From Enterococcus phage vB_EfaP_IME199, in the sequence record KT945995.1: DNA of 18,838 nucleotides, one strand, 5' to 3'. Shown piece after piece: positions 15,914-18,838 of this stretch. The notes under the pieces are model-generated. The model ran no database searches, was not told where the DNA came from, and worked only from the letters and a program-made list of their open reading frames with translations. How positions within the stretch are numbered: the stretch's first letter is position 1; each line of letters starts with the position of its first letter. The position numbers were made by a program, and so were the translations under genes.

Positions 15914-15942
15914 ATTATAACATATATGTTAGAAGCCAGCAA
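15914..15942 (-). promoter_or_regulatory. Polymerase promoter: TTGCTG, 17-nt spacer, TGT-TATAAT. It contains the palindrome ACATATATGT
   Basis: The minus strand reads TTGCTGgcttctaacatatatgtTATAATgg. The -35 overlaps the last codons of the ATPase gene. The 18-nt module is identical to the one at 13517-13534. Confidence 0.6.
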
Positions 15943-17167
15943 ACTTTTTCTGTAGATTTTTAAGTGTGTTTTCCATGTACATATCTTTATATACTTTATC
16001 AACACGTTCACTGTGATTCTCTATATTCGCTGTTGCGTGTTTAGAAACACATTTCCATATTTTTAATTCTACCAGAGTGGTATCTCTTGTTAACAATGAT
16101 TTTGTATAAGCATTGTCATAATAATAGTATCCTCTCTCGTGACGTTTCAAATGAGTTTCATTATAATAATTTTCATTTAAATAAGTAACCCCATCTTTCT
16201 TATCAACAACTTGAGTACAGAAATCATAATCAGAAGAACTAAGAACATAGGATAATAAAGTTTTCTTTGTATTTAGATTGTAGGTAGCTTTTAGAAACCC
16301 TTCTTCTAACTTAATAAAAAAGTAATTAAACCCGCCAACTTTAATGCTTTCCCTAATATCATCATTAGCAATATAAGTATTATTAATTACAAATTCCCCG
16401 CTTATAGAAGCTGTATCCGCATGTTTGAAGGCTCTAAGGTTACGTTTAGCGTTCTGGTTGTCATTTCTAAACATTTCCAAATAAATATTATCGTAGTGTT
16501 TACCTGTATTAATAGGGTGTTTCTCCAACTTATTATATAAATCTAACATAGCTATTAGAGGACTAGCGAAGTTCTCTGGATTGCCTAAAAGAAATACTTT
16601 GGGAACTCCTATTAGAGGAATGTTGTCGTTACGGTCAACTGAACGATAGATACGCTCAAAATGCTTCTCTTCTAAAGGAACGTAATCTGTTTCAATTGTT
16701 AAAAATTCATCATAAATCATAATAGGGAACTTAGCTAAGAAATGAGAATGGTTTTTTAAGTCAGAACTGTTGTTAATATCTGTTATTGCTCCGATTGTTT
16801 TGTCTTTGTAAATAACTTCCACGTATTCATCACTTCGTTCGAAAGCTAGTTCTTTTTCATCAAAGTGTGGCATAACATGCATAATCTCCCATATGTTTTC
16901 CATATAAGCTTGTCTAACAGTATAGTGACGGTCTAAGAACAATAAACCTAAATCGAACTCCCAAGCGACAGCCATTAGCATGCCCATATAGTTAAATGAC
17001 TTACCGTCTGTACGTGAAGAAATGGATACAGTGTAATCATTATCTTGATTAATTAAGTTTTCTACCCCTTTAGCTTGGTTAAAGTTAGAGGGGATGTTTT
17101 CTTTCCTGAATTTCTCTATAAATTTTAAAAATCTTTCTTCTTCTGTTGGTTTTTTAAATAGTGCCAT
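15929..17167 (-). CDS. DNA packaging (encapsidation) ATPase, phi29 gp16-like
   Basis: Walker A is the gp16-style sequence SISSRTDGKSF (R..GKS[FY]; phi29 has GARGIGKSY). Walker B is FPIMIYDEFL (phi29 has TIVFDEFI). RBS is aaggagg. The product is 412 aa. Confidence 0.7.
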   Translation of the reverse strand: MALFKKPTEEERFLKFIEKFRKENIPSNFNQAKGVENLINQDNDYTVSISSRTDGKSFNYMGMLMAVAWEFDLGLLFLDRHYTVRQAYMENIWEIMHVMPHFDEKELAFERSDEYVEVIYKDKTIGAITDINNSSDLKNHSHFLAKFPIMIYDEFLTIETDYVPLEEKHFERIYRSVDRNDNIPLIGVPKVFLLGNPENFASPLIAMLDLYNKLEKHPINTGKHYDNIYLEMFRNDNQNAKRNLRAFKHADTASISGEFVINNTYIANDDIRESIKVGGFNYFFIKLEEGFLKATYNLNTKKTLLSYVLSSSDYDFCTQVVDKKDGVTYLNENYYNETHLKRHERGYYYYDNAYTKSLLTRDTTLVELKIWKCVSKHATANIENHSERVDKVYKDMYMENTLKNLQKKFAGF

Positions 17168-17179
17168 TGTTATTCCTCC

Positions 17180-17638
17180 TTATCCGTTATAACCTAGTTC
17201 ATTGTATGCTACAATAGAGAATTTTCTCTTGTTTTTGAAGGCATCGTCTGCATATTTATCAAAAAGTTTATTTAGTTTGTTTAATTCTTGAATGAGCTGT
17301 CTCGGTGATTGGGCGTTCATTGCATCTTTAGCAATAACCTCTTTTTGTTTATTTGCTCTATGCTCTCTGCTTCGTTCTGAGAAATGATTTAAAATTGCTC
17401 TTACTGGAGCAACGTAAGCACCTGTTACCAAAGCTTTAGCATCAATGTAAGCGATAGGATGTTTAAAATCAAATTTGTGTTCTCCTGGTAAATAGTTAAA
17501 AGCATTTTCTAAACCTTTTAAAACTCGTTCTGTATCTCTGGCTAAAGCGTTAAATTTATCCGTATCAAAAGCATAATCGTATCTTAAACGACCGTTGTAG
17601 TTTCCATATGATTTATCTGTTACTTTATATTTAGGCAT
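17180..17638 (-). CDS. Basic, Tyr-rich hypothetical early protein (152 aa); candidate DNA-binding or terminal protein
   Basis: Its RBS is formed by the last codons of the upstream gene (gggagagga, then taaa, then ATG). It is tightly coupled into the operon with the ATPase and polymerase. It has no recognisable catalytic motif. Confidence 0.7.
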   Translation of the reverse strand: MPKYKVTDKSYGNYNGRLRYDYAFDTDKFNALARDTERVLKGLENAFNYLPGEHKFDFKHPIAYIDAKALVTGAYVAPVRAILNHFSERSREHRANKQKEVIAKDAMNAQSPRQLIQELNKLNKLFDKYADDAFKNKRKFSIVAYNELGYNG

Positions 17639-17640
17639 TT

Positions 17641-18063
17641 TTATCCTCTCCCATTCGTATGAATTCCTGAAGCATCATAATAATACCACTGCATGTTGGC
17701 TTGAGAATCTATTGTTATAACACCCTTCATTCCATCACTGTTGCGAATTATTACATAAGAATCGCCCTGTAGATTTGAATCATATCCCATATAAGAACCT
17801 ACTGTATATTCTTCTGTGTTAGCGGGTGTATAAACAGGTGTTTTTACTGTTTCTTGTGTAGTTGTTTCAGTTTGATAAGTAGTGTCTGTTGTTGTTGTTT
17901 GTGTTTCTTCAGTTGTTGAGCTAACTTCACTCTGTTGTGTAGTGCTAAATGTGCTTTGTTCATTTTCTTTTTCTCCTTCAGTAGGTGCTGTAAAAAACAT
18001 TGTCCAAGCGATAATGACACACGTCCATAGAAAAGCATTTAATACCCATAATAACTTATTCAT
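17641..18063 (-). CDS. Membrane-anchored early protein: N-terminal TM helix, Thr/Ser/Glu/Gln-rich linker, small C-terminal domain
   Basis: LLWVLNAFLWTCVIIAWTMFF is a clear TM segment. It is followed by about 60 aa of T/S/E/Q-rich linker and a C-terminal beta-like segment of about 50 aa. RBS is caaggagga. Confidence 0.7.
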   Translation of the reverse strand: MNKLLWVLNAFLWTCVIIAWTMFFTAPTEGEKENEQSTFSTTQQSEVSSTTEETQTTTTDTTYQTETTTQETVKTPVYTPANTEEYTVGSYMGYDSNLQGDSYVIIRNSDGMKGVITIDSQANMQWYYYDASGIHTNGRG

Positions 18064-18078
18064 TATAATATCCTCCTT

Positions 18079-18090
18079 GACATATATGTC
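18079..18090. promoter_or_regulatory. Perfect 12-bp palindrome GACATATATGTC between the SSB gene and the downstream early operon
   Basis: It contains the same ACATATATGT core found at the two early promoters. It lies 16 nt upstream of the ATG of the membrane-protein gene. Confidence 0.4.
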
Positions 18091-18109
18091 AGTATTAGTG
18101 TAAATAAGA

Positions 18110-18125
18110 GAGGGCGGAAGCCCTC
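18110..18125. terminator. GC-rich hairpin (gagggc-ggaa-gccctc) flanked by T-rich and A-rich tracts; intergenic terminator or attenuator
   Basis: A 6-bp GC stem carries a GGAA loop. T-runs follow the hairpin on both strands. It sits 10 nt downstream of the SSB stop. Confidence 0.45.
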
Positions 18126-18135
18126 ATATTTATTT

Positions 18136-18459
18136 TTAGAATGGAAGTTTTTCTTCTTTCTTAGGTGCTTGTTCAATGAATTCGAAACGATCGACAACAA
18201 CATCTGTTGTGTATACTTTTTTACCTTCTTTTTCATATGAACCTGTTTGAATATGGCCTTGAATAAGAACACGATGGCCTTTTTTAACGAATTTTCCTAA
18301 GTTTTCAGCTGTTTTACCGAATGCTACAATGTTAATAAAGTCGGCTCCTTCATTTGGTCGGTTAACTGCTAAGCTGTTATAAGCAATTACTAACCCTTTG
18401 TCTGTTTTAGTTCCTGTAAAGTCTTTAGTTACGCGTCCTAGTAATGTTACGTTATTCAT
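18136..18459 (-). CDS. ssb: Single-stranded DNA-binding protein, bacterial SSB type (OB fold) with a C-terminal ...EEKLPF tail
   Basis: VTLLGRVTKD, LAVNR and ADFINIVAFGK...KKG..V.IQG are the canonical SSB OB-fold signatures. The acidic C-terminus ends LPF, like the bacterial SSB DDDIPF tip. Confidence 0.9.
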   Translation of the reverse strand: MNNVTLLGRVTKDFTGTKTDKGLVIAYNSLAVNRPNEGADFINIVAFGKTAENLGKFVKKGHRVLIQGHIQTGSYEKEGKKVYTTDVVVDRFEFIEQAPKKEEKLPF

Positions 18460-18517
18460 AATGTATTTCTCCTCTACTGTTTAAGTTTTTGTTAGGTTAT
18501 TCCTTAACCTTGAATTA

Positions 18518-18546
18518 AGTTTAACATTTGGTGTTTCAGTTGTCAA
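18518..18546 (-). promoter_or_regulatory. Strong sigma-A-like promoter for the SSB transcript: TTGACA, 17-nt spacer, TGT-TAAACT
   Basis: The minus strand reads cacTTGACAactgaaacaccaaatgtTAAACTtaattc. It has a consensus -35, a 17-nt spacer and an extended TG. It lies about 55 nt upstream of the SSB ATG. Confidence 0.55.
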
Positions 18547-18555
18547 GTGTTTTGT

Positions 18556-18693
18556 TTACTTCCAATATTTTAGTTCAAATTCAAATGCTATCTTTTTCCA
18601 ATAATCTGCTGTTTCCTTCCAATAGGTTAGTTCAGCTTTTAGTTCTTCTATGGTTTTTTGTTGTCTGGCAATAATTGTATTATATGGATTCAT
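18556..18693 (-). CDS. Small hypothetical protein (45 aa, MNPYNTIIARQQKTIEELKAELTYWKETADYWKKIAFEFELKYWK). It is the first gene of the leftward arm and is not in the ORF track
   Basis: It has a very strong RBS (aaggaggg, then atcat, then ATG). It lies between the right-end AT-rich promoter region and the SSB promoter. Confidence 0.5.
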   Translation of the reverse strand: MNPYNTIIARQQKTIEELKAELTYWKETADYWKKIAFEFELKYWK

Positions 18694-18715
18694 ATGATCC
18701 CTCCTTAACTTATGT

Positions 18716-18760
18716 ACTAATTATAGCATTAATATTATAAATTGTGTTGTGATTACAGTT
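18716..18760 (-). promoter_or_regulatory. Right-end AT-rich promoter region with two TATAAT boxes (18725..18720 and 18739..18734)
   Basis: Both boxes are perfect -10 hexamers on the minus strand, 27 to 45 nt upstream of the 45-aa ORF. The -35 elements are poor, with an AT-rich UP-like region in their place. Confidence 0.35.
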
Positions 18761-18770
18761 AGTATTTCAT

Positions 18771-18838
18771 TAGATTTTAATTAGAAATCTCGTTACCTTG
18801 GGTGGGGGTTATGGTTAACGGGTGGTTCACCTCTATTT
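18771..18838. repeat. Right inverted terminal repeat
   Basis: Its reverse complement aligns to bases 1-68 (aaatagaggtgaaccacccgt...). The window ends exactly at the repeat, which is consistent with a complete linear genome. Confidence 0.8.

Noticed and set aside
17844-18103. 64-aa ORF on the minus strand and 73-aa ORF on the plus strand overlapping the Thr-rich region
   Set aside because: These are alternative frames of the gttgtt/acaaca low-complexity stretch of the membrane-protein gene. They have no RBS. The in-frame 140-aa ORF has the RBS and the TM helix.
18063-18272. 69-aa ORF on the minus strand
   Set aside because: It overlaps the SSB gene in another frame and spans the terminator hairpin. 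It has a Lys-rich, low-complexity translation and no RBS.

Overview
The window is AT-rich (roughly mid-30s %GC by eye) and appears to be a complete, or nearly complete, linear genome of a small phi29-like podovirus with protein-primed replication. Every gene has a strong Shine-Dalgarno (GGAGG-type), which points to a Firmicutes host. Both ends carry an imperfect inverted terminal repeat of about 68 bp that begins AAATAGAGG. Two gene arms converge on a bidirectional terminator at about 10.23-10.27 kb. The plus-strand arm (321..10228) encodes an acidic scaffold-like protein, major capsid, portal (upper collar), several tail and appendage proteins including one with a calcineurin-type metallophosphoesterase domain, a tail-knob homologue, a BhlA/UviB-type holin and an amidase_2 endolysin. 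The minus-strand arm (18693..10292) encodes a bacterial-type SSB, a membrane protein with a Thr-rich linker, a basic 152-aa protein, a gp16-like packaging ATPase, a protein-primed family-B DNA polymerase, small acidic ORFs, an XRE-type HTH regulator, a free-standing HNH homing endonuclease and a large tail-associated peptidoglycan hydrolase with a CHAP domain. This layout resembles 44AHJD/P68-like (Rountree-type) phages more than phi29 itself. The points most worth a second look are as follows. No terminal-protein gene can be recognised. An 18-bp promoter module containing the perfect palindrome ACATATATGT recurs at early promoters. A candidate structured small RNA lies in the 320-bp non-coding left end. 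A metallophosphoesterase domain sits inside the structural module. A homing endonuclease lies next to a small XRE regulator. All functional calls rest on motifs and gene order read by eye, not on database searches.
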